Source: an uncultured Solirubrobacterales bacterium (lineage in GTDB: Bacteria; Actinomycetota; Thermoleophilia; Solirubrobacterales; 70-9). From it: 64,000 bases of DNA. This document shows positions 27,798 through 38,123 of the stretch, in pieces (the first letter of the stretch is position 1; each line of letters opens with the position of its first letter). The notes under the pieces were generated by a model. That model did not search any database and was not told the DNA's origin. It saw only the letters and a program-made list of their open reading frames with translations. Location of the stretch: assembly GCA_963823565.1 (NCBI GenBank), contig CAWGLR010000002.1:102978-166977 (forward strand). The letters run 5' to 3'. The position numbers and the translations under genes are program-made.

Positions 27798-28250
27798 TCA
27801 GCCGTCGGCCGCGCCGGGCTCCAGCACGCCGATGCTCTCCAGCACCGACGGCGGCGTGAAGTAGTGCGACATGAAGGTGATGCGGCCGTCGCGGTGCTCG
27901 TAGAGCCCGGTGAACGGCGAGGTCACCTCGGCGCCGATCCGGACCTTCCCCACCGCAAGCACGCGGCGGGAGTCGAGCGACCGCAGCGACTCGGGCGTAA
28001 GCCGGTGGTCGTGGCCCTCGCCCTCGATCGTCCCCATCCAGGCGCGGATGCCGTCATGTCCGAGGTACTGCTCGGAGAGGCCCCGCAGGCGCAGAGGCTG
28101 CACCACCACGTCGGGGGCGGCGAGGCCGACGAGAGCGTCGACCTCCCGCCAGTTCCAGGCGTCGATCCAGCGCGCAACCAGCGCCTCCGGCTCCCCTAGC
28201 GCCGGCTGCCCGTCCGCGCCGCCGATGCGGCCCTCGTAATGCGTGGACAT
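27798..28250 (-). CDS. SnoaL/NTF2-like fold protein
   Basis: 150 aa. LVARWIDAWNWREVDALVGLAAPDVVVQP is typical of an NTF2-like N-terminal helix. No signal peptide. Confidence 0.55.
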   Translation of the reverse strand: MSTHYEGRIGGADGQPALGEPEALVARWIDAWNWREVDALVGLAAPDVVVQPLRLRGLSEQYLGHDGIRAWMGTIEGEGHDHRLTPESLRSLDSRRVLAVGKVRIGAEVTSPFTGLYEHRDGRITFMSHYFTPPSVLESIGVLEPGAADG

Positions 28251-28268
28251 CTCGTCTTGTTACCCCCG

Positions 28269-28289
28269 GGGCCTCCGAAGCGGAGGCCC
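28269..28289. other. Perfect 9-bp GC-rich hairpin (gggcctccg-aag-cggaggccc) 19 nt upstream of the SnoaL-like start
   Basis: Read directly. It is followed on the plus strand by tctctctctt. Its role (5'-UTR structure versus terminator) is unresolved. Confidence 0.4.
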
Positions 28290-28366
28290 GTCTCTCTCTT
28301 CCGGCGATGGTACCGGCTGGGGCGAGAATCGGGGATCGATTAGGGGCTGGCCGTAGACTCGTTCGT

Positions 28367-28558
28367 GTGAAGCCTCACGATCTCGAGCTCGTCGGACTGC
28401 GTGAGGCTGCGGCCACGATCGGCACCTCCTCCCGGCAGCTGCTCAGCTGGAGCCGCCGCGAGGACTTCCCGAAGCCGGTCGCCAAGCTCAAGACCCCCTG
28501 CTGGCATCGCGCCGAGATCGTCCGCTGGGCGAGGGAGCGCGAAGCCGCCTCGCGCTGA
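28367..28558 (+). CDS. AlpA/excisionase-like helix-turn-helix DNA-binding protein
   Basis: GTG start. VKPHDLELVGLREAAATIGTSSRQLLSWSRREDFPKPVAKLKTPCWHRAEIVRWARE matches the AlpA/Xis pattern (..FP.P..l....W....v..W). It directly abuts the 3' end of tRNA-Cys. Confidence 0.55.
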   Translation: MKPHDLELVGLREAAATIGTSSRQLLSWSRREDFPKPVAKLKTPCWHRAEIVRWAREREAASR

Positions 28559-28580
28559 GCCCGCTTTCGCCGTCGACGAG

Positions 28581-28651
28581 AGGCGCCTACCGGAATCGAA
28601 CCGGTGTAAACGGCTTTGCAGGCCGCTGCGTAGCCACTCCGCCAAGGCGCC
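28581..28651 (-). tRNA. tRNA-Cys (anticodon GCA)
   Basis: 71 nt: GGCGCCT acceptor with U73 discriminator, anticodon arm GCGGC-CTGCAAA-GCCGT, T arm ACCGG-TTCGATT-CCGGT. No encoded CCA. Confidence 0.87.
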
Positions 28652-28773
28652 AGAGCGACGGCAAGGGTAGCCCCTGGAGACGCGGCCGACGGGCCGGCGG
28701 TAACGCGCCGGTGTGGCCGGGTTCACCCCGCGGGTGGATGGCCGGTCCGCGCCGGCGGGCCGATGCTGCGGCC

Positions 28774-29748
28774 ATGAATGCTTCAGCACGCACATATCCA
28801 CGTCCCCGCCCGCTCCTGATCCGCGCACTGGCGGTGCTCTGCGCCGCCGCCGGCCTCCTGGTCGCCGACGTCGCGCCCGCGACCGCGGCGCCCAAGGTCA
28901 CCGGCAAGTTCGCCGTGTCCGGAGTCGGCACCAACAACGAGCTCACGAAGGGGCCGGACGGGAACATCTGGGTGACCCTCGATCAGACGAACGATCTCGC
29001 GCGGATAACGCCGAACGGCAACGTCCAGGAGTTCAACCCGGCGAACGTCAGCAGCCCGGTCGGGATCGCGAGCGGCCCCGGCGGGACCCTCTGGGTCACC
29101 CAGGCCGGCGGCGTCGCGGTCTTCGACCCGGCGGATCCGGACTCCGCCGAGAAGTTCACGATCAACGACATCGCCGATCCGCGGCCGATCGTCAGGGGCC
29201 CGGACGGGAACATGTGGACCGTCAGCGGCCAGAACGTGATCCGGATCCCGGTCGCCGACCCGGAGGCCGCCGTGTCCTTCCCGGCCGCGGTCGCCGGCCG
29301 CGACATCGACCGCGGCAAGGACGGCCGCCTCTGGGTCGCCGACTTCGGTGGTCAGGTCCTGCGGGTCAAGACCGACGGGACGGCCAGGGCCTTCGACACC
29401 GGCAACGGGTCGGGACTGCAGGCGATCGCCGCCGGCCCGAAGGGCGAGGCCGGGTACGCCGATCCGACGTCCAACCCGCAGATCGCGGGCCGCATCGGCG
29501 GCGGCAAGGTCAAGCCGACCAAGACTTCCGGCGATCCGTTCGGCGTCGCCTACCTCGCGAAGTCGTACTGGATGCCTCGGTTCGCGACCGGCGACCTGCT
29601 GAGCCTCTCGGCGGCCACCGGCAAGGCCACGGCGCCAGTGAAGTTCGGCCAGGCCTCGGGTCCGCGCCGCGTCGCCACGGGTCCCGGCCACACCCTCTGG
29701 GTGACGCTCGAGAACGCGGAGAAGATCGCCCGCGTCCGCGGCTTCTAG
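28774..29748 (+). CDS. Secreted Vgb-like (virginiamycin B lyase-type) beta-propeller repeat protein
   Basis: MNASARTYPRPRPLLIRALAVLCAAAGLLVADVAPATA is a signal sequence. Repeated blades: GPDGNIWVT, GPGGTLWVTQ, GPDGNMWTV, GKDGRLWVADFGG, GPGHTLWVT. Confidence 0.7.
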   Translation: MNASARTYPRPRPLLIRALAVLCAAAGLLVADVAPATAAPKVTGKFAVSGVGTNNELTKGPDGNIWVTLDQTNDLARITPNGNVQEFNPANVSSPVGIASGPGGTLWVTQAGGVAVFDPADPDSAEKFTINDIADPRPIVRGPDGNMWTVSGQNVIRIPVADPEAAVSFPAAVAGRDIDRGKDGRLWVADFGGQVLRVKTDGTARAFDTGNGSGLQAIAAGPKGEAGYADPTSNPQIAGRIGGGKVKPTKTSGDPFGVAYLAKSYWMPRFATGDLLSLSAATGKATAPVKFGQASGPRRVATGPGHTLWVTLENAEKIARVRGF

Positions 29749-29840
29749 CCGGGCCGCCGAAGGGAACCGCGCAACGGAGCGCCGACCGCACGCCGGGCGA
29801 TCGGCGCTCCGTCTGCCCGCGGCGGGTAGATTGGCCCGCC

Positions 29841-30827
29841 GTGAGGACCCGCTCCGCACTGCTGCTCTCGCTGATCGCCGCGCTGGTCGCGACGATGGCG
29901 CTCGCGCCGGCCGCCTCGGCGAAGAAGAAGCCTCTGCGCTGCAACGGGATGAAGCAGCTCTGCGAGCGCCGGCTCGACCAGGTCGTCCTGCCGGCGAGCC
30001 ACAACGCGATGTCCGCGCAGGAGTACGCATTCGCGCGCCCGAACCAGATCCCGACGATCCCCGAGCAGCTCGACGGCGGCGCCCGGGCGCTCCTCCTCGA
30101 CACCCACTATGGGCGCCTGCAGCCCGACGGGAAGGTCATCACCGACGACGACGGGACGGTCACCGAGGGCATCCGCGGCACCTACCTCTGCCACGTCCTC
30201 TGCGAGGGCGGCGCGCTCCCGCTGGCGCCGACGCTGCGGCAGATCAGCAAGTGGCTGCGCAAGAACCCGAACGAGGTCCTGCTGATCGAGAACGAGGACT
30301 ACATCACCGCCAACGACTTCGTGGCGGCGATGGAGCGCTCGGGGCTGCTCGACTTCGTCTACCGCGGCTCGCGCGCGCCCTGGGCCAAGCTGAGGCGGAT
30401 GGTGCGGGTCAACCACCGCGTCGTGATGCTCTCCGACAACGAGGCCAAGGGCGACCCCTTCTGGTACCGGCCGACCTACGAGGGCCTGCTTCAGGAGACG
30501 CCCTACACCTTCAACCCGCCGTCGGAGCTGACCGATCCGGACAACTGGGCCGAGACCTGCGTGCCCAATCGCGGCGGCACCGACGGCTCGCTCTTCCTGA
30601 TGAACCACTGGTCGCCATCGCTGGCGCCTGCCGTGCCGGACCTCGAGCAGTCGGCCGAGGTCAACGCCACCGACGTCCTCGTCGGCCGCGCCGAGGCCTG
30701 CGCCGAGGTCCGCGGCCGCTACCCGAACGTCGTCGCCGTCGACCAGGTGACCGCGGGCGGGCTGATCCCCGCGGTGAAGAAGCTGAACCGGCTGCCGGGC
30801 CGGGTCATCCACCCGCCGGGGACCTAG
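29841..30827 (+). CDS. Secreted PLC-like phosphodiesterase (PI-PLC X-domain-like TIM barrel)
   Basis: GTG start, signal ALLLSLIAALVATMALAPAASA. Motifs LPASHNAMS, ARALLLDTHYG and LIENEDY are typical of Ca-dependent PI-PLC-like proteins. Confidence 0.68.
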   Translation: MRTRSALLLSLIAALVATMALAPAASAKKKPLRCNGMKQLCERRLDQVVLPASHNAMSAQEYAFARPNQIPTIPEQLDGGARALLLDTHYGRLQPDGKVITDDDGTVTEGIRGTYLCHVLCEGGALPLAPTLRQISKWLRKNPNEVLLIENEDYITANDFVAAMERSGLLDFVYRGSRAPWAKLRRMVRVNHRVVMLSDNEAKGDPFWYRPTYEGLLQETPYTFNPPSELTDPDNWAETCVPNRGGTDGSLFLMNHWSPSLAPAVPDLEQSAEVNATDVLVGRAEACAEVRGRYPNVVAVDQVTAGGLIPAVKKLNRLPGRVIHPPGT

Positions 30828-30833
30828 CGGCCG

Positions 30834-31463
30834 ATGGAAGCCGGGCCGCGCGAGGGCTGGTACGGCGACCCCGAGGAGCCGGCGAGGCTGCGCTGGTGGG
30901 ACGGATCGCGCTGGACCGAGCACACGCGCGAGCGCCCCGGCGAGGCCCCCGCGCCCGAGACCGATCGCCGGGCGCAGGAGCTGCTCGCGATGCCGGTGCC
31001 CTCCGTCCCCCCGCCCGACGATCCGACCCGGCGCCTGCTGCCGTGGCTGATCGGCGGCCTGGTCCTGCTGCTCGCCCTCGGGGCGACGGGAATCGTTCTC
31101 GGCTCGTCCGAGGACGAGAACGAGCCGCCGGTGACGACGACGCCGCCGATCGACCCCGAGGCCGAGTCGGCCGATGCGACCGCGCAGGCGCTCGTCCGCA
31201 CGGCGCAGACGGCGATCGAGACCTGGGCGACCGACCACGGCGGCTCCTACGACGCGGCGACGCCGGAGGAGCTCATCCGGATCGAGCCCGGTCTGAACGG
31301 GGCGACGCTCACCGTCGACGCGGCGGAGACCAACTACTCGGTCTCGGTCGAGTCGACGAGTGGCGGGACGTTCACGATCACTCGCGACGACGCGGGCGGG
31401 ATGACGTTCACCTGCGCGCCGCCGGCGGCCGGGGCCTGCCCCGCAAGCGGCTTCTGGAGCTGA
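30834..31463 (+). CDS. DUF2510-type membrane protein
   Basis: The N-terminal GWYGDPEEPARLRWWDGSRWTEHT motif is followed by one TM span (LLPWLIGGLVLLLALGATGIVL) and an extracellular Thr/Ala-rich domain. Confidence 0.7.
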   Translation: MEAGPREGWYGDPEEPARLRWWDGSRWTEHTRERPGEAPAPETDRRAQELLAMPVPSVPPPDDPTRRLLPWLIGGLVLLLALGATGIVLGSSEDENEPPVTTTPPIDPEAESADATAQALVRTAQTAIETWATDHGGSYDAATPEELIRIEPGLNGATLTVDAAETNYSVSVESTSGGTFTITRDDAGGMTFTCAPPAAGACPASGFWS

Positions 31464-31499
31464 GGCCGGGGCCCGCCGCTCTCTATCCTGCGCCGCCCG

Positions 31500-33161
<1,662 letters not shown>

Positions 33162-33237
33162 GCGGCTCCGTTGCGGTTCTCGACACGCTCCCGCGGGGGC
33201 GTGCGCGCTGAGGTCCAGGGCACCCACAGAGGTCACC

Positions 33238-33681
33238 ATGGCGCAGAGGTACGTGCTTCTCTACGAATCGGCCGACGACGTGCTCGCCAGGGCCCCGGCC
33301 CATTTTCCCGCGCATCGCGAGCGCCTCAACGAGTTCCGCTCGCGGGCGGTTCTCCTCGATGTCGGCACCTTCGGCGACCCGCAGGCCGAGGGATCGATGG
33401 CGATCTTCGCCTCGCGCGAGGCGGCGGAGGAGTTCGCCCAGGGCGACCCATTCGCCCGCGAAGGGGTCGTGCGCTCCTGGCAGGTCCGCGATTGGGACAC
33501 GGTCGACTTCGACGCACCCGCGGACTCGCTCGCGAAGCGCTTCGCGCTCGGCACCAACGACGAGGCGCTACTCGACGAGATCTACGACCCGAGGTCCTCC
33601 TCCACACCCCCTGGGCTGGCCGGTGTCCGGGCGGACGCGCTCAAGGGGTTCGCCGGCGAGTTCTCTTCTGCGAGGAGCTGA
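33238..33681 (+). CDS. YciI-like domain protein; 3' part probably frame-disrupted and continuing to about 33920
   Basis: MAQRYVLLYESADDVLARAPAHFPAHRERL...MAIFASREAAEEFAQGDPFAREGVVRSWQVRDW is a YciI fold. Downstream peptide fragments in two other frames (EVLLHTPWAG; EELIAPESPVARDK...ARVTYADGSWIGLVRIEGRWYT) suggest a broken second domain or gene. Confidence 0.55.
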   Translation: MAQRYVLLYESADDVLARAPAHFPAHRERLNEFRSRAVLLDVGTFGDPQAEGSMAIFASREAAEEFAQGDPFAREGVVRSWQVRDWDTVDFDAPADSLAKRFALGTNDEALLDEIYDPRSSSTPPGLAGVRADALKGFAGEFSSARS

Positions 33682-33974
33682 TCGCGCCCGAGAGCCCGGT
33701 GGCTCGCGACAAGGCGTGCGAGCGGGCCTGCAGCCGATTCGAGCCGGTCGAGGATCGCGAGATCAGCTCCATGGACATCGACGACGGCGAGGCGCGCGTC
33801 ACATATGCAGACGGCTCGTGGATCGGCCTCGTCCGCATCGAGGGCCGCTGGTACACTCGCCCCAGAGCTGAGCGCAACCGGAAAGAGGCTGCGGCGCCAG
33901 GCGGACGCGGGCGTCGATAGCCCGCCCGGCGATGATTGGCGCAAAGCGACACCAGGGGTAGCGGAATTCGCCAA

Positions 33975-34151
33975 TCATCCGGACGATCGGCGCCGCGACC
34001 AGTAGAACCCCATCAGCCCGGCGACCAGGGCCCAGTAGACGAGCCCCGGCACCGACACGATCCCCACGCCCAGCCGGTAGTACCCGCTGTACCCGTAGAT
34101 CCCATCGTCCAGCGGCGGCGGTAAGCAGGCGGGTCGCCGTCCGCCACCCAC
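33975..34151 (-). CDS. Candidate small (58 aa) Tyr/Gly-rich membrane protein, below the ORF-track length cut-off
   Basis: GTG 8 nt after the upstream gene stop. VGGGRRPACLPPPLDDGIYGYSGYYRLGVGIVSVPGLVYWALVAGLMGFYWSRRRSSG contains one clear TM helix plus a basic tail. Confidence 0.3.
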   Translation of the reverse strand: MGGGRRPACLPPPLDDGIYGYSGYYRLGVGIVSVPGLVYWALVAGLMGFYWSRRRSSG

Positions 34152-34158
34152 CGGGAGG

Positions 34159-36876
34159 CTAGACGCCCGCCCGCGGCGCCCGGGTGCGCCACGTGCTCGG
34201 CCAGGGGGCCCGTGGCGGCGCCGAACGCACGCGGACGCGAGCGTCGACGGCGACGGCGCCGTCGGCGCGGGCGATCACCGGGTTGAGGTCGAGCTCGGCG
34301 ATCTCGCTGTGGGACTCGACCATCGCGCCGACGCGGAGGACCATCTCCTCGATCGCGGCGAGGTCGGCGGGCTGAGCGCCCCGGTAGCCGGTGAGGCGAG
34401 GGAAGAGAGCGAGCGACTCGAGCATCTCGGTCGCGTCGCGGGCGGTCAGTGGGCTGAGGCGCACGGCAACGTCGCGCAGCAGCTCGGCCTCGACGCCGCC
34501 GGCGCCGCAGGCGACGGCCGGGCCGAAGATCGGGTCGTCGACGACGCCGATGATGAGCTCGATGCCCCCCTCGACCATCTCCTGCACGAGGAAGGACTCG
34601 CGCTCGTGGCCGTGGGCGGCGAGCGCGGCGTCCATCTCCCGCGCCGCGGCCTCGACGGCGCCGGCTTCGAGGCCGACCGCGACGCCGCCGACGTCGCTCT
34701 TGTGCAGAAGGCCCGGTGCCTGGGCCTTCAGCGCCACCCGGGGCCCGAGCTGGCGGGCGGCCGCCGCGGCCTCGGCCGGGTTCTCGGCGAGCAGCGAGCG
34801 CGGCGTCGCGATCCCGTGGCACTCGAGGAGCTGGGTCGCCTCCCCCGGCGTCAGCCACTCCTCCCCCTCGCCGAGCGCCCACGCGATCACGGCGGTCGCG
34901 CGGTCCTCGTCGGTATCGGCGAAGGTCGCCGGCTCCGCGGGCGGCTTGGCGCGCCAGCGGACGTGGTCCATCACCCGAGCGAGCGCCCGGGCGGCGTCCT
35001 CTGGGTAGAGATGGCTGGGGATGCCGCCGATCGAGGCCATCGTCGCCTGGTCCTCGGCCGACATGAAGACGGCCTGCACCGGCACCTGACGGGGAAGGTC
35101 CGCCGCGGTCTCGGCGATCGCCCGCGCGACGTCCTCGGCGCGAGTGAGGAGCGGCCGGATGAAGATCGCGATCACCGCGTCGATCCCCTCCCACTCGGAC
35201 ATCGCCCTGATCGCCCGCCGGTAGTCCTCGGCGCTGGCGGTCGCCACCAGGTCGATCGGGTTGCCGAGCGCCGCCTCCGGCGGCAGGAACTCGCGCAGCG
35301 CCCCCCGGAGGTCCTCCGGCGTCGCCGGCACCTCCAGCCCCGCCGCCTCGCAGGCGTCGGCGCACATGATCCCGGGACCGCCCGCGTTGGTGACGATGCC
35401 GACCCGCGGCCCGGCGGGCAGGGGCTCGTTCGCCAGCAGCGAGGCGACGTCGAGCATCTCGGCGAGGGAATCGGTGCGGATCACGCCGGCCTGCTCGAAG
35501 AGCGCGTCGACGCGAACGTCGGAGGCGGCGAGCAGGGCGCCGGTGTGCGAGGCCGTGGCGCGAGCACCGGCGGCGGAGCGGCCGCTCTTGACGACCACGA
35601 TCGGCATCTCGCGCCCGACGCGCCGGGCGACGCGCGAGAAGCGGCGCGCGTCGCTGAACGACTCGATGTAGAGCAGGGCCACCCGCGTCGCCGGGTCCTG
35701 CTCCCAGTACTCGAGGAGGTCGTTGGCGGTGATGTCGGCCCGGTTGCCGATCGATGCGAACGATGAGACGCCGAGGCTGCGGTCGCGAGCGAGCGCGATC
35801 AGGGCCAGGCCGAGCGCGCCGCTCTGGGTGACGAAGCCGACGTTGCCGCCCGGCGGCAGCGCCGGGGCGAAGGTCGCGTCGAACTGCGGCTCGCTGGCGT
35901 TGAGGATGCCGAGGCAGTTCGGCCCGATCAGCCGCATGCCGGCGTCGGTGCAGACCTCGACCAGCTCGCGCTCGCGTGCGGCGCCCTCGGGGCCGCTCTC
36001 GGCGAAGCCGGCCGAGATGACGACGAGCGCGCGCACTCCGGCCTGCCCGCACTCGCGCGCGACATCGACCACCGCCGGCGCGGGGACCGCGACGATCGCG
36101 AGCTCGACCAGCTCGGGAAGCTCGAGCACGCTGGGGTAGGCGCGGACCGACTGCACGACGTCGGCCGCCGGGTTGACCGGGTAGACGACGCCGTCGAATT
36201 CGCCGCGCAGCAGGTTGTGGAAGACCTCGCCGCCGACGGTTCCGCGCTGTCGCGAGGCGCCGATCAGCGCGATCGAGCCGGGCTCGAGGAAGCGCTTGAC
36301 CGCCGCCTGGGCCGCCATCCGGTCGCGGTCCTCGAAGCGGAGGACGGCGCCGTCGGTGAGCGAGACCGGGAACTCGACGTGGAGCGCGCCCGGAAGCGAT
36401 GCCGTCTCCACCGTGAACCCGCTCTCGCGGAAGACCTCGATCATCCGGTGGTTCTCGGGCATCACCTCGGCGGTGAAGAGCGAGATCCCGTTCTCGCGGG
36501 CGACCCCCGCGAGGTGGGCGAGCATGATCGTCGCCAGGCCCCGTCCCTGGAGCTCATCGGCGACGGCGAACGCAACCTCGGCACGGTCGCGGTCCTCGCG
36601 GAAGTACGAGGCCTGGCCGACGATGCGCTCGTCGCCGCCGCGCGTGGCGACGAGCCCGTAGCGGTTGCGGTAGTCGACGTCGGTCATCGAATTCGCCGCG
36701 AGCCGGAGGTTGGTCGCGCCGGTGAAGAATCGGAACGTGAGCGAGGTCGGCGCGAGGCCCTCGAGAAACCTCTGCACCGGCTCCTGGTCGTCGGCGCGCA
36801 CCGGGCGCACCTCGACCGTCGTCCCGTCGCGGAGAACGACGTCGGCGGAACGCCACGAAGGGTACTCCGCGCTCAT
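34159..36876 (-). CDS. GNAT N-acetyltransferase fused to ADP-forming acyl-CoA synthetase (CoA-binding + ATP-grasp); Pat-like protein acetyltransferase architecture
   Basis: Intact 905 aa. N-terminal GNAT domain (RFFTGA...VADELQGRGLATIMLAHLAGVARENG). CoA-binding domain (SIALIGASRQRGTVGG...VYPVNP). Succinyl-CoA-synthetase-like and ATP-grasp segments (VALKAQAPGLLHKSDVGGVAVGL). Confidence 0.9.
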   Translation of the reverse strand: MSAEYPSWRSADVVLRDGTTVEVRPVRADDQEPVQRFLEGLAPTSLTFRFFTGATNLRLAANSMTDVDYRNRYGLVATRGGDERIVGQASYFREDRDRAEVAFAVADELQGRGLATIMLAHLAGVARENGISLFTAEVMPENHRMIEVFRESGFTVETASLPGALHVEFPVSLTDGAVLRFEDRDRMAAQAAVKRFLEPGSIALIGASRQRGTVGGEVFHNLLRGEFDGVVYPVNPAADVVQSVRAYPSVLELPELVELAIVAVPAPAVVDVARECGQAGVRALVVISAGFAESGPEGAARERELVEVCTDAGMRLIGPNCLGILNASEPQFDATFAPALPPGGNVGFVTQSGALGLALIALARDRSLGVSSFASIGNRADITANDLLEYWEQDPATRVALLYIESFSDARRFSRVARRVGREMPIVVVKSGRSAAGARATASHTGALLAASDVRVDALFEQAGVIRTDSLAEMLDVASLLANEPLPAGPRVGIVTNAGGPGIMCADACEAAGLEVPATPEDLRGALREFLPPEAALGNPIDLVATASAEDYRRAIRAMSEWEGIDAVIAIFIRPLLTRAEDVARAIAETAADLPRQVPVQAVFMSAEDQATMASIGGIPSHLYPEDAARALARVMDHVRWRAKPPAEPATFADTDEDRATAVIAWALGEGEEWLTPGEATQLLECHGIATPRSLLAENPAEAAAAARQLGPRVALKAQAPGLLHKSDVGGVAVGLEAGAVEAAAREMDAALAAHGHERESFLVQEMVEGGIELIIGVVDDPIFGPAVACGAGGVEAELLRDVAVRLSPLTARDATEMLESLALFPRLTGYRGAQPADLAAIEEMVLRVGAMVESHSEIAELDLNPVIARADGAVAVDARVRVRSAPPRAPWPSTWRTRAPRAGV

Positions 36877-36929
36877 CCCGCGCTAGCCCGCGTCAGGGGG
36901 CCTTCGGGCCCGGGTGGCGATGTTCTGGA

Positions 36930-37309
36930 TCAGGGCTCGGGAATGGCCGGGAGCGCGTCCAGCGCCAGTTGCACCGCTCGGACCGGCAATGCGAGCGCCA
37001 GCGAGCCGCCGAGCTCCGCACCGACCGTGGCGGGGGCTGCGACGGCGGGCCGTACTCCGGATCGGCGAGGAACTCGTTCACGACCTCATGATGGCGTCCG
37101 GGTGGAAGATGCGATGCGGGAAAGGGACCTTCGTGACGTAGTCGAGGTGCGAGGCTCGCGCGCCGCGACTGCGCAGGTTCAGCGAGTACGTGCGCATCTC
37201 GCCTCGCCGCCGGTCATCGGGTTGTACGGCGCTATGCCCTGCTCGCGCGTCACCACCGGGCGGACGCTACCCGAGACCGATCCCGGACAGGACCTGCGGC
37301 CGCCTGGCA
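36930..37309 (-). pseudogene. Degenerate or frameshifted small CDS of unknown function
   Basis: Protein-like fragments lie in three frames: VVTREQGIAPYNPMTGGEA; MRTYSLNLRSRGARASHLDYVTKVPFPHRIFHPDAI; VVNEFLADPEYGPP; ATVGAELGGSLALALPVRAVQLALDALPAIPEP-stop at 36930. No family recognised. Confidence 0.3.
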
Positions 37310-37357
37310 CTTTTCAAGGTGAAGCGGAAGAAGAAGCGGCGCCAGGCGAGACCGCGC

Positions 37358-37870
37358 CTAGGGCCGGGAGCCCGGCGGAGGCGGCGGCACCGACGAGCTG
37401 GGCGGCTGCGCGCCGGGCTGAGGGGCGACGGGGGCGGGGGGAGCGGGAGTCGTCCGCTCGACCGCGGCGGCCACGAGGAGCAGCAGCGCGCCGCCGAGCG
37501 CCATGAACGCGCCCGCCTTGAGGTTCGTGTCGAGGTCGGCCCCGCTCGCCTCCGACCAGAAGTTGGTGACCGGGACCTTGGTGATCAGGGCGACGGCCAC
37601 CAGGATCAGCGCGATCGAACCCAGCGCAAGCGGGGTCACCCACTCCGGGGCGAGATCCGGGCGCACCGCCGCGACCGCGGCGGCCACGGCGATCATCAGC
37701 AGGATCGCGTCGAGGACCTCGAGCCCGGACCAGCCGGTCAGGGACGCCGAGTCGCTGCCGTCGGTCAGCTCGTACCAGTCGAGGAACAGGCTGACGACGA
37801 GGAGCAGCGCCGCCAGCAGCGTGAGCAGCGCGACGTTGTCGATCTGCGGGCGTCCAGGGCCGGCGTTCAT
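37358..37870 (-). CDS. Membrane protein with Pro-rich C-terminal tail
   Basis: Start MNAGPGRPQIDNV. Four hydrophobic spans (ALLTLLAALLLVVSLF, AILLMIAVAAAVAAV, LALGSIALILVAVALI, AFMALGGALLLLVAAAV) and the tail PAPPAPVAPQPGAQPPSSSVPPPPPG. The longer ORF-track N-terminus runs into the tRNA. Confidence 0.6.
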   Translation of the reverse strand: MNAGPGRPQIDNVALLTLLAALLLVVSLFLDWYELTDGSDSASLTGWSGLEVLDAILLMIAVAAAVAAVRPDLAPEWVTPLALGSIALILVAVALITKVPVTNFWSEASGADLDTNLKAGAFMALGGALLLLVAAAVERTTPAPPAPVAPQPGAQPPSSSVPPPPPGSRP

Positions 37871-37925
37871 CTCGTCCCCCTCGTCGATCGCGGTGAGTCC
37901 GCCCGGTGGCTCCTCCCTCCGGGCA

Positions 37926-37999
37926 AGCGGCTGATGGGATTCGAACCCACGACCTTCTGCATGGCAAGCAGACGCTCTAGCCAACTGAGCTACAGCCGC
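37926..37999 (-). tRNA. tRNA-Gly (anticodon GCC)
   Basis: 74 nt: GCGGCTG/CAGCCGC acceptor with U73, D arm GCTC-AGTTGGCTA-GAGC, anticodon arm TCTGC-TTGCCAT-GCAGA, T arm GTGGG-TTCGAAT-CCCAT. Confidence 0.85.
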
Positions 38000-38123
38000 A
38001 TGAGGCGGGGAGTCTAGCGACGGTGCGGCGAACCTCGTCGCGGGCGGTGAGTGGGATGAACGTTGCGCATAGCGCGACGCCGATCCCGTTCACGCTCGCC
38101 GCCCGCAGACCGCCTCAGCCGGC

